From assembly GCA_035295225.1 (NCBI GenBank), contig DATGJI010000016.1, positions 1,243 through 65,242 on the forward strand: a stretch of 64,000 bases of DNA, in the 5' to 3' direction. Position 1 is the stretch's first letter; every line of letters starts with the position of its first letter. Shown piece after piece: positions 37,571 through 46,753 of this stretch. Origin of the DNA: Candidatus Eremiobacteraceae bacterium (GTDB taxonomy: Bacteria; Vulcanimicrobiota; Vulcanimicrobiia; Eremiobacterales; Eremiobacteraceae). The notes beneath the pieces are model-generated. The model made no database searches, had not been told where the DNA came from, and was given only the letters and a program-made list of their open reading frames with translations. The translations under genes were made by a program, and so were the position numbers.

Positions 37571-38860
37571 TTACTTGGCGGCGAACTTCCGCTGAGTCAA
37601 GAACACCCACTTGTCCTTCTGCGCGCCCCAGATCGAGATGATCTTGTTCGTGGTGTCGCCGTTGGCGTCAAAAGCGAACGGCCCCATGATGCTCTGGAAC
37701 GACTTGATCGAGCGCAGTTCCGAGAGCACCTGCGCCCGCGTCGGCATCTTGCCGCCGTCGGCCTTGGATGCAAGCCCGATCGCCTTGATCAACACCATCG
37801 CCGCCGTGTAACCCGCCGCCGAGTACGACCCGACCGGCTGATTGAACTGGGCTTGGTAGTCCGTGAGGAACTGCTTTGCTGCGGGTATCGTGCTCGCGTT
37901 CACCGCCGCGACGGTGGCGTAGACGTTGTCGGCGGTCGCGCCCGCATCGGTGAGGAATTGGTCGTTGCGCACGCCGTCGGCGCCGAAATACGCCACGTTT
38001 CCGATGCCGCTTTCGCTCATCTGCTTGCGGATCAGACCGCCGCCGTTCGCGGTGACGCCGCCGTAGAACACGACGTCAGGTCCCGCTCCGGCCGCGCGCG
38101 TCAGCAGCGCATGGAAATCTTGCTGGCCCTTCGTGATGTGGTCGTGCGCGAGGACGGTGCCGCCGTCGTTTGTGAATTGCGCGCCCCACGCGTCAGCGAC
38201 GCCGCGGCCGTACGTCTCGTTGTCATCTATCAAGTACGCTTTTCGAAGATGGCGGTCGTTGTACGCGTAGTCGGCTCCGACCGGACCCTGGATGTCGTCG
38301 GTCGCGCACACGCGGAAGAACGTGATCATCTGCGGGTTTGTCGTGCGCAGTTCGAGCGCCCGCGGACCTTTTGTGAGGTCAGGGTTGGTCGTGGCCGGGC
38401 TGATGAGCGCGATCCCTAAGCTGTTGGTCAGCGGGATCTCTGCTTTCGCAACATTGCTGTTGAACGGGCCGACGATGCCGAGCACGGCGTCGTCGCTCGC
38501 GAACGATTGGACGTTTTTCGCGCCCTGACTTGGGTTGTGCACGCCGTTGACCGCGTCGTCCAAGATGTTGGACTGCAGCGTGAATCCCGGCACGAGGTTC
38601 TGCTTGTTCGCGTCGATGATCGCGAGTTCGACGCCGAGCTTGGTCGGAACGCCGTCGGAGGCATCCGCGCCCGAAATCGGCAGGTCCGCGCCGATCTTAA
38701 TGATGTTGCCGGCGGCAGCGTTGCTGCCGGAGGTCGCGCCGGCCGTGCCGCTCGACGTGCTGTTCGAGCCGGAGCCGGAGCCCGAGCAGCCGGCGAACGC
38801 AAGGATGAAAACGAGCAGAGCGGCCGAGGCCGTACGCGGAGCGCCGATGGTGCGCAGCAT
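37571..38860 (-). CDS. branched-chain amino acid ABC substrate-binding lipoprotein
   Basis: ATG 38860; lipobox FAGCSGSGSG; type I periplasmic binding fold pattern IKIGADLPISGADASDG. Confidence 0.85.
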   Translation of the reverse strand: MLRTIGAPRTASAALLVFILAFAGCSGSGSGSNSTSSGTAGATSGSNAAAGNIIKIGADLPISGADASDGVPTKLGVELAIIDANKQNLVPGFTLQSNILDDAVNGVHNPSQGAKNVQSFASDDAVLGIVGPFNSNVAKAEIPLTNSLGIALISPATTNPDLTKGPRALELRTTNPQMITFFRVCATDDIQGPVGADYAYNDRHLRKAYLIDDNETYGRGVADAWGAQFTNDGGTVLAHDHITKGQQDFHALLTRAAGAGPDVVFYGGVTANGGGLIRKQMSESGIGNVAYFGADGVRNDQFLTDAGATADNVYATVAAVNASTIPAAKQFLTDYQAQFNQPVGSYSAAGYTAAMVLIKAIGLASKADGGKMPTRAQVLSELRSIKSFQSIMGPFAFDANGDTTNKIISIWGAQKDKWVFLTQRKFAAK

Positions 38861-39007
38861 CGTCTTGGAATCTCCCCTAGCAATGAAAACGGATTGTCGG
38901 GCTAACGCGAGATGCGGCAAGCCGTCGAATAGTGAAGGAATGCGAGATGTGACGGGGCTTCGCGAGCTAAGGGGAGGGTCCTTTTCGGGACGCTAGAAGA
39001 ACGAATC

Positions 39008-40051
39008 ATGCAGTCTCCCCTTTCAGCCGACGTCACGATACGCGAAGTCGTCGAATCACATCCAGGGTCCGAAAGAGTGTTCGGTGCGCATGGACTGCCG
39101 TGCGCCGGCTGCCACGTATCGACGCGCGAAACGATACGCCAGGGAGCGGCCGTGCATAGCCTCGATCTCGACGGATTGATGACGGATCTGCAGCGCTACA
39201 TCGCAGACGGAACGGTGCCGCCGGCGCGCGCCAAGCCGGCGCAGGGCAATGCCACAGTGCCGCCGCCGGCGAAAACGAGAAAGCCCGGCATCAAGCACGT
39301 CGTCGCGATCATGTCTGGAAAAGGCGGCGTCGGAAAGTCGCTCGTGACGGGCCTGCTTGCAGTGGCGTTGCGGCGGCTCGGCTATGAAGTCGGCGTCCTC
39401 GATGCCGATATCACCGGGCCGAGCATGGCGAAGATCTTCGGCATCAGCGCGCGGCCTTATCAAGGTGAAGACATGAAGCCGCACCCGCCCGCGTCGCGCA
39501 GCGGCATCCAAGTCATGTCGATGAACCTTATCCTCGATAGTGACAGCCAAGCCGTGATCTGGCGCGGGCCGATGGTGTCGAACGCGATCCGCCAGTTCTA
39601 CAACGATCTCGAATGGGGCGCGCTCGATTATCTGCTCATAGACCTTCCGCCCGGCACATCGGACGCACCGCTGACGGTTCTGCAAGCGCTCCCGGTCGAT
39701 GGCGTCGTGATGGTGAGCACGCCGCAAGGCCTTGCGACGATGATCGTCAGCAAAGCGCTGAAGTTCGCGAAGCAATTGAACGTATCCGTGATCGGTCTCG
39801 TCGAGAACATGTCATATTTCACCGACCGCGAGACCGGAAAGCGTTTCGAGCTTTTCGGCGCGAGCAAAGGCGTGCAGCTCGTCGTCGAGAGCGGTGCGCC
39901 GCTTTTGGCGCAACTGCCGATCGATCCGGCGCTGACCCAACTATGCGATGACGGCCGCATCGAAGATTATGAAGCGCCCGACTTCACCGTGCTCGCGAAG
40001 AATTTCGCGAACGTCTTACCGACCGCGGCGGCTGCCGGCGTCGGCGACTGA
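39008..40051 (+). CDS. Mrp/NBP35 (ApbC) Fe-S cluster carrier ATPase with N-terminal DUF1858-like domain
   Basis: ITIREVVESHPGSERVFGAHGLPCAGCHV..; SGKGGVGKS P-loop; DLPPGTSD. Confidence 0.85.
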   Translation: MQSPLSADVTIREVVESHPGSERVFGAHGLPCAGCHVSTRETIRQGAAVHSLDLDGLMTDLQRYIADGTVPPARAKPAQGNATVPPPAKTRKPGIKHVVAIMSGKGGVGKSLVTGLLAVALRRLGYEVGVLDADITGPSMAKIFGISARPYQGEDMKPHPPASRSGIQVMSMNLILDSDSQAVIWRGPMVSNAIRQFYNDLEWGALDYLLIDLPPGTSDAPLTVLQALPVDGVVMVSTPQGLATMIVSKALKFAKQLNVSVIGLVENMSYFTDRETGKRFELFGASKGVQLVVESGAPLLAQLPIDPALTQLCDDGRIEDYEAPDFTVLAKNFANVLPTAAAAGVGD

Positions 40052-40056
40052 CGTCG

Positions 40057-40440
40057 GTGCCGCGCGCGCTGCATGCCGCTGCAGCCTGTGCGCTCGTGCT
40101 GATCTCGTCGTGCGCGCCGCGACATTCAGCGGGCTCGACCGAGAGACCGCGCGACTTCGCCGGCATGCCTATCTATCCGAATGTATCGGAGTCCGGATCC
40201 GTCGATGACCGCCTCGCCGTCTTCAGGTCGCCCGACTCGTTCTGGAGCGTCGCAGATTGGTATCGCGCGCACATGCCGCGAAGCGCCCGCTACGCGCGCG
40301 ACGACACGACGTCGCAAGCCACGTGGGCCATCTTCTTATCGCGGGAAACGAAGACCGTGCACGTCGAGGTCGTCGACGGCACGGTCCGGATCACGCTGGC
40401 GGACGTGACGATCGCTCAGCCAAGCCCTACTGGACGATGA
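40057..40440 (+). CDS. hypothetical lipoprotein
   Basis: GTG 40057; lipobox LISSC; 127 aa; no known domain. Confidence 0.5.
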   Translation: MPRALHAAAACALVLISSCAPRHSAGSTERPRDFAGMPIYPNVSESGSVDDRLAVFRSPDSFWSVADWYRAHMPRSARYARDDTTSQATWAIFLSRETKTVHVEVVDGTVRITLADVTIAQPSPTGR

Positions 40441-41035
40441 CGATCGTGCGCATGCCGTTCGACACGTAATGGTAGGCGCACCCGAACATGTAGAAGCCTG
40501 GCGGACCGGAATTGTAGACGAGCGAGACGCCGTTCGGATTGAGATTCCCGGTGCTGAAGTTCGTCGTGCTGATGATCGTACCCGCGGGCGATTGGTTCAG
40601 ACTGCCGGTGAAGGTGGGCGGGAAGCTCGCGCCGTTTTGTGAGGCGTCGCCAAGGAAGCTGCCCGTATGCGGATTCACGGGGTCGAAGTCGTGGAACATG
40701 ACCTGCGTTGCCATCGTGAGATTCACGACGGACGATTGGTTGTTCGGCGCACCCGTTGAATTGAAGTAGCCGAGGAGCGTGCCGTAGGTCGGATCGTTGT
40801 CGGGCGATTCGCCGCTCAGTTTGACGCCGACGATCGCCGTGGTCGGCGACGGAGATGGCGAAGGCGATTGCGACGGCGATGGTGACGGCGCGACAGATGG
40901 CGATGTGTGCGGTCGCGGCGGCGCGCTGTACAATGTCGTGTAGCCGCCCCCGCCGCAGCCTGCGGCGACGATCGCGGCGAGCGCAAGCGCGAGACCTGCA
41001 CATCTGGTCACTGTTATTATTTCCGACTGTCTCAC
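40427..41035 (-). CDS. cupredoxin-like (type-1 blue copper) lipoprotein, paralogue A
   Basis: Lipobox VAAGC; SPSPSQSPSPSPSP linker; NPHTGSF and FYMFGCAYHYVSNGMRTIVIV give a His..Cys-x2-His-x5-Met ligand pattern. Confidence 0.65.
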   Translation of the reverse strand: MRQSEIITVTRCAGLALALAAIVAAGCGGGGYTTLYSAPPRPHTSPSVAPSPSPSQSPSPSPSPTTAIVGVKLSGESPDNDPTYGTLLGYFNSTGAPNNQSSVVNLTMATQVMFHDFDPVNPHTGSFLGDASQNGASFPPTFTGSLNQSPAGTIISTTNFSTGNLNPNGVSLVYNSGPPGFYMFGCAYHYVSNGMRTIVIVQ

Positions 41036-41177
41036 GATCGCGCGATCCTTTCGAGGCTGAGCGGCGTTGTGCCGGTCCGATATTCCCGCGGGTGCGGCGA
41101 CAGGGCGTAACGGCGCACCCGCTCGTCACATCCTAACGTCTACGCCTGAAACCGGCGTGAAGTGTGGAACGATCTGA

Positions 41178-41273
41178 TGTAGGGCGGACCTTTATGGTCC
41201 GCCGCGCGATGTAGGGCGGACCTTTATGGTCCGCCGCCACAAACGATGTAGGGCGGACCTTAACGGTCCGCCG
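41178..41273. repeat. REP-like palindromic units, family 1 (3 copies, inverted relative to the 59.5 kb array)
   Basis: TGTAGGGCGGACCTTTATGGTCCGCC x2 plus TGTAGGGCGGACCTTAACGGTCCGCC, between cupredoxin paralogues A and B. Confidence 0.85.
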
Positions 41274-41302
41274 CCATAAACGCGTTTGTATTCAGGTCTT
41301 GT

Positions 41303-41911
41303 TCAGCAATAGTAATGGCACGGCGGCGGCGACGCGCCCCCGCCTGCTGCGGTCGCTTGCGGACCTGGTGTTGCGCCTACGTTGACGATCATTCCATCTT
41401 GCATGCCATTGCTGCCGAAGTGGAACGCGCATGCGATGAACAGATTACCGGTTGCATTGGTGACCGTCAGCGGGCCGACGCTCTGTCCAGCTGGGATAGG
41501 ACCGCTGCGATAACCGGCTGCCAGCGTGGTTGTTCCCGATGCGCTCGTATCCAAGGTACCGCCCGGCGGCGGCGGCGTCGGATACGCCGAGTAGACGTTG
41601 AACGTGTGTGTGACGTTATCGCCGTTCTTCAGCATGATCTGCTGGCCGGGTGACAACCCCAAAACTTGTGAGTTCGACGCCTGCGTAAAACCTTGGATCG
41701 TGCCGAACGTCGGATCGTTCACCATCCCTACATTACGCGCGAAGAGAAGGATGGTGATCGCCGGAACCGCGCTCACCGACGGCTGTGGTCCGGGGGGAAG
41801 CGTGGTGCCGCCGCCGTACCCGCCGCCTCCGCCGCAACCCGCGACAGCCGCAGTCGTTAGAGCGAACACCGCCAAGGCAACTCTTGCAAGCGGCGATAAA
41901 CTTCGGAACAT
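41303..41911 (-). CDS. cupredoxin-like lipoprotein, paralogue B, with C-terminal CHYYC tail
   Basis: ATG 41911 preceded by GGGAGAA; lipobox VAGC; NVTHTFNV and LFIACAFHFGSNGMQDGMIVNV; ends PPPCHYYC. Confidence 0.65.
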   Translation of the reverse strand: MFRSLSPLARVALAVFALTTAAVAGCGGGGGYGGGTTLPPGPQPSVSAVPAITILLFARNVGMVNDPTFGTIQGFTQASNSQVLGLSPGQQIMLKNGDNVTHTFNVYSAYPTPPPPGGTLDTSASGTTTLAAGYRSGPIPAGQSVGPLTVTNATGNLFIACAFHFGSNGMQDGMIVNVGATPGPQATAAGGGASPPPCHYYC

Positions 41912-42055
41912 CTCGTATTCTCCCGTGGCGAGGGCGGCAGACGAACGTCTGCGTTCCTCAAAGCCTACGGTCGAAGACTTAAACCGGCGTGAAAGCGTGG
42001 ATAATGAAGAGGACGGCATCGCCGTCCTCTTTTTCAGTATTCCGGTGGTCGAATA

Positions 42056-42748
42056 CTAGAACACGATGAAGATGGTGCGAAGCGGCACCGCGCCCTGCTG
42101 AATGGGATTGTACGTGTAGTAGTCCGCCATGAAATACATGCCGGGCGCTCCGGTGAAGTAGTCGAGCGACGGAGTGGGCAACGTCAGCGATCCCCCCGCG
42201 AGCGAGCCCGTCGAGAAGTTGATGTCTGATATGACGTCGCCTTGCGGGCTCGCGCTCGTTCCGGTGATGTTGTTGAACGTGGGCGCCCACGTGGCTCCGG
42301 GGAATGGTACGACGCCGTTATTCGACGCGGTGTGTGCACCGACATCATAGTTGTAAAAACGGATCTTCTGTCCGGTGTTGACGGCGATGATCTGCGACGG
42401 GCCCGGCGTGGCGTACGGATTGATGGATGGCGACGGGCTGACGATTGGCCCAGGGATCATCGACATGCCATCGACTTGTCCATACGTCGGGTCGATGGTC
42501 GGCGATGCTTGCGCATATGCGAGAGCAATGAAATAAGCCGGCGTGGGCGACGGCGTCGGCGTCGGCGATCCTGATGGAAGAGGCGACGGCGATGGCGACA
42601 CGCTTGAGCGCGGGTGCGGGGCCGGTGTTGACGATTTGCTCGAGCAGCCGCCCGCTCCGACGATGATGATACCGGCGACGGTGGCGGCGGCAAGCGCAGC
42701 CAAACGGGCGGCCGGCGAAAGAACTGGCATCGAAATGGATCCTTTCAT
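42056..42748 (-). CDS. cupredoxin-like lipoprotein paralogue C lacking the Cys/His/Met ligands
   Basis: Lipobox GAGGC; SPSPSPLPSGSPTPTPSPTP linker. Shares DPTYGQ, FSTGSL and PGMYFMA with A/B, but the C-terminal motif reads ADYYTYNPIQQGAVPLRTIFIVF. Confidence 0.6.
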   Translation of the reverse strand: MKGSISMPVLSPAARLAALAAATVAGIIIVGAGGCSSKSSTPAPHPRSSVSPSPSPLPSGSPTPTPSPTPAYFIALAYAQASPTIDPTYGQVDGMSMIPGPIVSPSPSINPYATPGPSQIIAVNTGQKIRFYNYDVGAHTASNNGVVPFPGATWAPTFNNITGTSASPQGDVISDINFSTGSLAGGSLTLPTPSLDYFTGAPGMYFMADYYTYNPIQQGAVPLRTIFIVF

Positions 42749-42758
42749 GTCGCGCCGC

Positions 42759-43376
42759 TCAACCTCCGGCGATGAGGGAGCGCGCCTTCGACGTCATCAT
42801 GTCGTAGGTCATCTCACCGTCGACCGCGTCGCGTATCGTCCCCGACCGGTCGATGAAGAACGAACTCGGCAGGCCGACGAGGTGCAGCACCGTTCCGGCC
42901 GTTTGTCCGTCGTCCACAGCCACTGGGAACGACACTCCGAAACGCTTCGCATACGAACCGACCGTCGCCGCATCCTCGCCCTGGTCGATCGCCACGATGA
43001 GAAGGCGATCACCTTCTGCTTTGGACAGCCGTTCCAACGCCGGCATCTCCCGTCGGCACGGTCCGCACCACGTCGCCCAGACATTCACGAGAACGTCGCG
43101 GCCGCGAAATTGGTTCGTATCGATCGGACCGTCTCCAAGGCGTTCGACCTTGACGTCCGGCATTTGCGTGCCGACAAGTTGCGCCGGGCCGCGGTGCATC
43201 TGAAGGTCTCGGTCGAAGTCGCTCGGCACGAACATAGCCAGGAGAACGACGACGGCCACCGCAACCGCGAGGCCGCCGAGCAGAAAACGAGTCACGCGTT
43301 TTTTAGTTACGCGCACCTCCCCGCGCGACCTGCCCGTGAAGTAGGGTAAGCGCACACCGTCCCCAAAGCGCCACAC
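42759..43376 (-). CDS. TlpA/ResA-like membrane-anchored thiol:disulfide oxidoreductase
   Basis: TM anchor LLGGLAVAVAVVVLLAMF; VNVWATWCGPCRREMPALE. Confidence 0.8.
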   Translation of the reverse strand: MWRFGDGVRLPYFTGRSRGEVRVTKKRVTRFLLGGLAVAVAVVVLLAMFVPSDFDRDLQMHRGPAQLVGTQMPDVKVERLGDGPIDTNQFRGRDVLVNVWATWCGPCRREMPALERLSKAEGDRLLIVAIDQGEDAATVGSYAKRFGVSFPVAVDDGQTAGTVLHLVGLPSSFFIDRSGTIRDAVDGEMTYDMMTSKARSLIAGG

Positions 43377-44291
43377 GTGGATCCGAAGATTCCCGCCACA
43401 GTAGACGACGTCGAAGCGCTGCTTCGCGGCGGTGCGTACGTCGCCGATCGGCCGCTCGCAGTGACGATTTTTCTCGCCCTCTCATTGCATAAACCGCTCT
43501 TTCTTGAGGGCGAAGCCGGCGTCGGAAAAACCGAAGTCGCCAAAGTGCTCGCGCGCATGCTCGATCGACGGCTCATCCGGCTGCAATGCTACGAGGGCCT
43601 CGACGCGAATCACGCGCTGTACGAATGGAACTACGCGAAGCAGATCCTACACATCCGGTTGGCCGAGTCGGCGAGTACGGAAGCGCGCGAGACACTCGAA
43701 CGAGAGATCTTCGGCCCGGCGTTTCTCGTGAAGCGACCGCTGCTCCAGGCCATCGATGATTCCGGCGGGCCGCCTGCCGTGCTGCTCATCGATGAGATCG
43801 ACCGCGCGGATGAGGAGTTCGAAGCATTCTTGCTCGAGGTGCTTTCGGACAATCAGGTGACGGTTCCGGAGTTGGGCACGTTCAAAGCCGCGGTCCCGCC
43901 GATCGTCGTGCTGACGAGCAACCGAACGCGCGAAGTCCACGACGCGCTGAAAAGGCGTTGCCTCTACCAGTGGATCGACTATCCGGACATCGACCACGAA
44001 CAGATGATTGTCACGTCGAAAGTGCCGGGCATCGAAACGCGTCTGGCGCGTCTGGCGTGCGCGTTCGTCGCCGGCCTTCGCGCCGAGCCGTTGTACAAAC
44101 ATCCGGGTGTGGCCGAGACCATCGATTGGGCTGCAGCGCTCGTCGCGCTCGGCGCGCAGGAGATCGACGAACGCATCGCGGTCGAGACGATCGGCTGTCT
44201 TCTCAAGTATCAAGAGGACGTGAAGAAGGTCGGAGACGGCGCGATGGGCATGCGCGTCGCGAGAGCGCGACAAGTCGCGACAGGAACGTAA
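43377..44291 (+). CDS. MoxR-family AAA+ ATPase (CoxD-like)
   Basis: LFLEGEAGVGKTEVAKVLA Walker A, LLIDEIDRA Walker B; followed by VWA and XdhC genes. Confidence 0.85.
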   Translation: MDPKIPATVDDVEALLRGGAYVADRPLAVTIFLALSLHKPLFLEGEAGVGKTEVAKVLARMLDRRLIRLQCYEGLDANHALYEWNYAKQILHIRLAESASTEARETLEREIFGPAFLVKRPLLQAIDDSGGPPAVLLIDEIDRADEEFEAFLLEVLSDNQVTVPELGTFKAAVPPIVVLTSNRTREVHDALKRRCLYQWIDYPDIDHEQMIVTSKVPGIETRLARLACAFVAGLRAEPLYKHPGVAETIDWAAALVALGAQEIDERIAVETIGCLLKYQEDVKKVGDGAMGMRVARARQVATGT

Positions 44292-44294
44292 ACC

Positions 44295-45554
44295 GTGCGC
44301 GACGGCGATTTTTCGAACCTTGCTCGAAATGTCTTGGTGTTCGGTCGGGCGTTGCGCGCTCACGGATTTCGCGCGCAGCCCGATCGCATGGTGCTGCTTG
44401 CGGACGCGCTCGAATGCGTCGGGCTTGAACGGCGCGACGACGTGAAAGCCGCCGCGCGGGCGACTCTGGTGCGGACGAAGGATGAGATGGAGCGCTTCGA
44501 CATCGCGTTCGAAGCGTTTTGGCGCGCGCGCTCAGGCGGCGCAGAGGATTCAAATGATGCGATTCGCGGTATGCCGCGCGATCGCGACGAGCCTGTCGAT
44601 CGCGAAGGGCCGTCCGAATCAGGCGACCCCACACGAGCGCCTACCGCCGGATCGTCGCTCGATCCGCGCAGGACGGATTCCGGCGCAGACCAACCTGCGG
44701 CGCTCAACGCATCGAAAGACTCGGATCGATCCTTCACATTTTCGGCGGACGAAGGATTATATGCCAAGGACTTCGCCGAGATGTCGCCAGCCGAACTCGA
44801 CGCCGCCCGCCGGCTGACGCAGCCCGGCGTTTGGGATTTAGGGCGGCGCCGCACTCGGCGCATGGTCGCGCGGGCGGGTGCAGATGCCTTCGACGCACGG
44901 GGCACGTTGCGCGCGAGCCTTCGCCGCGGCGGCGAAGTGGTCGAACTCCACCGCCTCGGACGCAAGACCAAGCGGCGCGACCTCGTGCTGCTGTGCGACA
45001 TCTCGGGGTCGATGGATCGATACTCTCGGTTGTTGCTTCACTTCGTGCACACCGTTCGGCACGCCCTCGGATCGGTGGAAGCGTTCGTCTTCGGCACGCG
45101 GCTGACGCGTGTCACCCATCAGCTGCGCCATCGAGACACGAAGGCAGCGCTCGACGCGATCGCTTCCAGCGTCGCCGACTGGGCCGGAGGTACCCGCATC
45201 GGCGATAGCCTCTTCCATTTCAACCGCACGTGGGCGCGCAGAGTGCTGGGGCGCGGCGCGATCGTGATCATCATCAGCGACGGCTGGGACCGCGGCGATG
45301 TCCGCCTGCTCGCCAAGGAGATGCGGCGGCTGCAGCGCAGCGCGTACCGCTTGATCTGGCTCAATCCGCTGCTCGGATCGGCCGGCTATCGGCCGCAGAC
45401 GATCGGCATGCGCGCCGCGTTGCCGTACGTCGACGATTTTCTCCCCGCGAACAATTTGCGCAGTCTCGTCGAGCTCGCCGAGCTGTTGCAGACCGTTGAC
45501 TATCGCCGCCCGCTCCGTCGACAGGGCGAACCGCCCGTGGCACTCGCGCGATGA
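44295..45554 (+). CDS. VWA domain protein (CoxE-like)
   Basis: DLVLLCDISGSMDRYSRLLL MIDAS region near the C-terminal half; GTG 44295 lies 3 nt after the MoxR stop. Confidence 0.8.
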   Translation: MRDGDFSNLARNVLVFGRALRAHGFRAQPDRMVLLADALECVGLERRDDVKAAARATLVRTKDEMERFDIAFEAFWRARSGGAEDSNDAIRGMPRDRDEPVDREGPSESGDPTRAPTAGSSLDPRRTDSGADQPAALNASKDSDRSFTFSADEGLYAKDFAEMSPAELDAARRLTQPGVWDLGRRRTRRMVARAGADAFDARGTLRASLRRGGEVVELHRLGRKTKRRDLVLLCDISGSMDRYSRLLLHFVHTVRHALGSVEAFVFGTRLTRVTHQLRHRDTKAALDAIASSVADWAGGTRIGDSLFHFNRTWARRVLGRGAIVIIISDGWDRGDVRLLAKEMRRLQRSAYRLIWLNPLLGSAGYRPQTIGMRAALPYVDDFLPANNLRSLVELAELLQTVDYRRPLRRQGEPPVALAR

Positions 45555-46615
45555 CGGACATCATCGAACTCGCGGCGGCTTGGTCCGCGGCGGGTCAGAA
45601 GGTAGCGCTGGCGACGGTCGTCCGCGTCGACGGTTCGGCGCCGCGCGGTGAAGGCGCGAAGATGATCGTCTCGGATGCCGGCCGCATCGCAGGCTCGGTG
45701 AGCGGCGGTTGCGTGGAGGCAGCAGTTGCAGAAGCGGCTCAAGCGGTGTTCGACGGATCGCCGCCGAGGATCGAGAACTTCGGCATTAGCCGCGCGATGG
45801 CGTGGGATGTCGGGCTGACGTGCGGCGGATCCATCGACGTTATGATCGAAAAACTGCCGGACCTCGAGACGTTGCGGACCGTCTTCACGCGCGGCTCACG
45901 TGCTGCTCTATGCACGCCGTTTGCCGAGAGCGGGTTCAAAAACGGTCAGAAGGCCGTCGTGTTCGCCGATGGCCGGATGCAGGGCAGTTGCGGCGACCCA
46001 GATTTTGACGCAGCACTGGCCGTTGCAGCCCGCGAACAGATCGAACAGGGCTCCTCGAGGACGCGCTCCGTCTTCGACTGCGATGTGTTCATCGATGTCG
46101 GCGTGCAAAAGGATCGTCTCATCATCGTCGGAGCGGTGCACATCGCCGCGGCGCTCTGCGAGCTTGCCGCGCGCGCAGGTTTCAGCGTGACCGTCATAGA
46201 CCCGCGCGAGCGGCTGAACCATGCCGAGCGATTTCCGTTGGCCGTCTCCCTCTTGGTTGGCTGGCCGGAAGACGTTCTGGAGGGCTTGGCCCTGGACGAC
46301 GACACGTACGTCGCGATACTTTCCCACGACGAGAAGTTCGACGATCCGTCGATCCGGATCGCACTGCGCGCAACGCCGCGCTATATCGGCGCGATCGGCA
46401 GCAAGAAGACGCATGCGGCGCGGCGCGAACGGCTCGCGCAATTCGGATTCACGAACGATGCGATCGATCGCGTCCGCGCGCCGATCGGACTCGACATCGG
46501 CGCGCAAACACCGGAAGAGATCGCAGTGGCCGTGCTCGCAGAGATGATCGCGGCGAAGCACGGACATAGCGGCGCGCCGTTACGCGATCGCGTCGAACAA
46601 AAAATTCACACGTGA
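45551..46615 (+). CDS. XdhC/CoxF-family molybdoenzyme maturation protein
   Basis: ALATVVRVDGSAPRGEGAKMIV..GSVSGGCVE N-domain, plus Rossmann-like C-domain LIIVGAVHIA; ATGA overlap with the VWA gene. Confidence 0.85.
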   Translation: MTDIIELAAAWSAAGQKVALATVVRVDGSAPRGEGAKMIVSDAGRIAGSVSGGCVEAAVAEAAQAVFDGSPPRIENFGISRAMAWDVGLTCGGSIDVMIEKLPDLETLRTVFTRGSRAALCTPFAESGFKNGQKAVVFADGRMQGSCGDPDFDAALAVAAREQIEQGSSRTRSVFDCDVFIDVGVQKDRLIIVGAVHIAAALCELAARAGFSVTVIDPRERLNHAERFPLAVSLLVGWPEDVLEGLALDDDTYVAILSHDEKFDDPSIRIALRATPRYIGAIGSKKTHAARRERLAQFGFTNDAIDRVRAPIGLDIGAQTPEEIAVAVLAEMIAAKHGHSGAPLRDRVEQKIHT

Positions 46616-46753
46616 TGCGCGCGAATCACACCCAAAATAATCTTTTCGCGTCATTTCAGAAAAGAAGGGTTCTATCGAACGTTTGAGCGAATATCGAACA
46701 TCGAGCTCGTTATGAGCGCACTCCATTGCTCCGCAGGATGGAGGTGAGCACCA

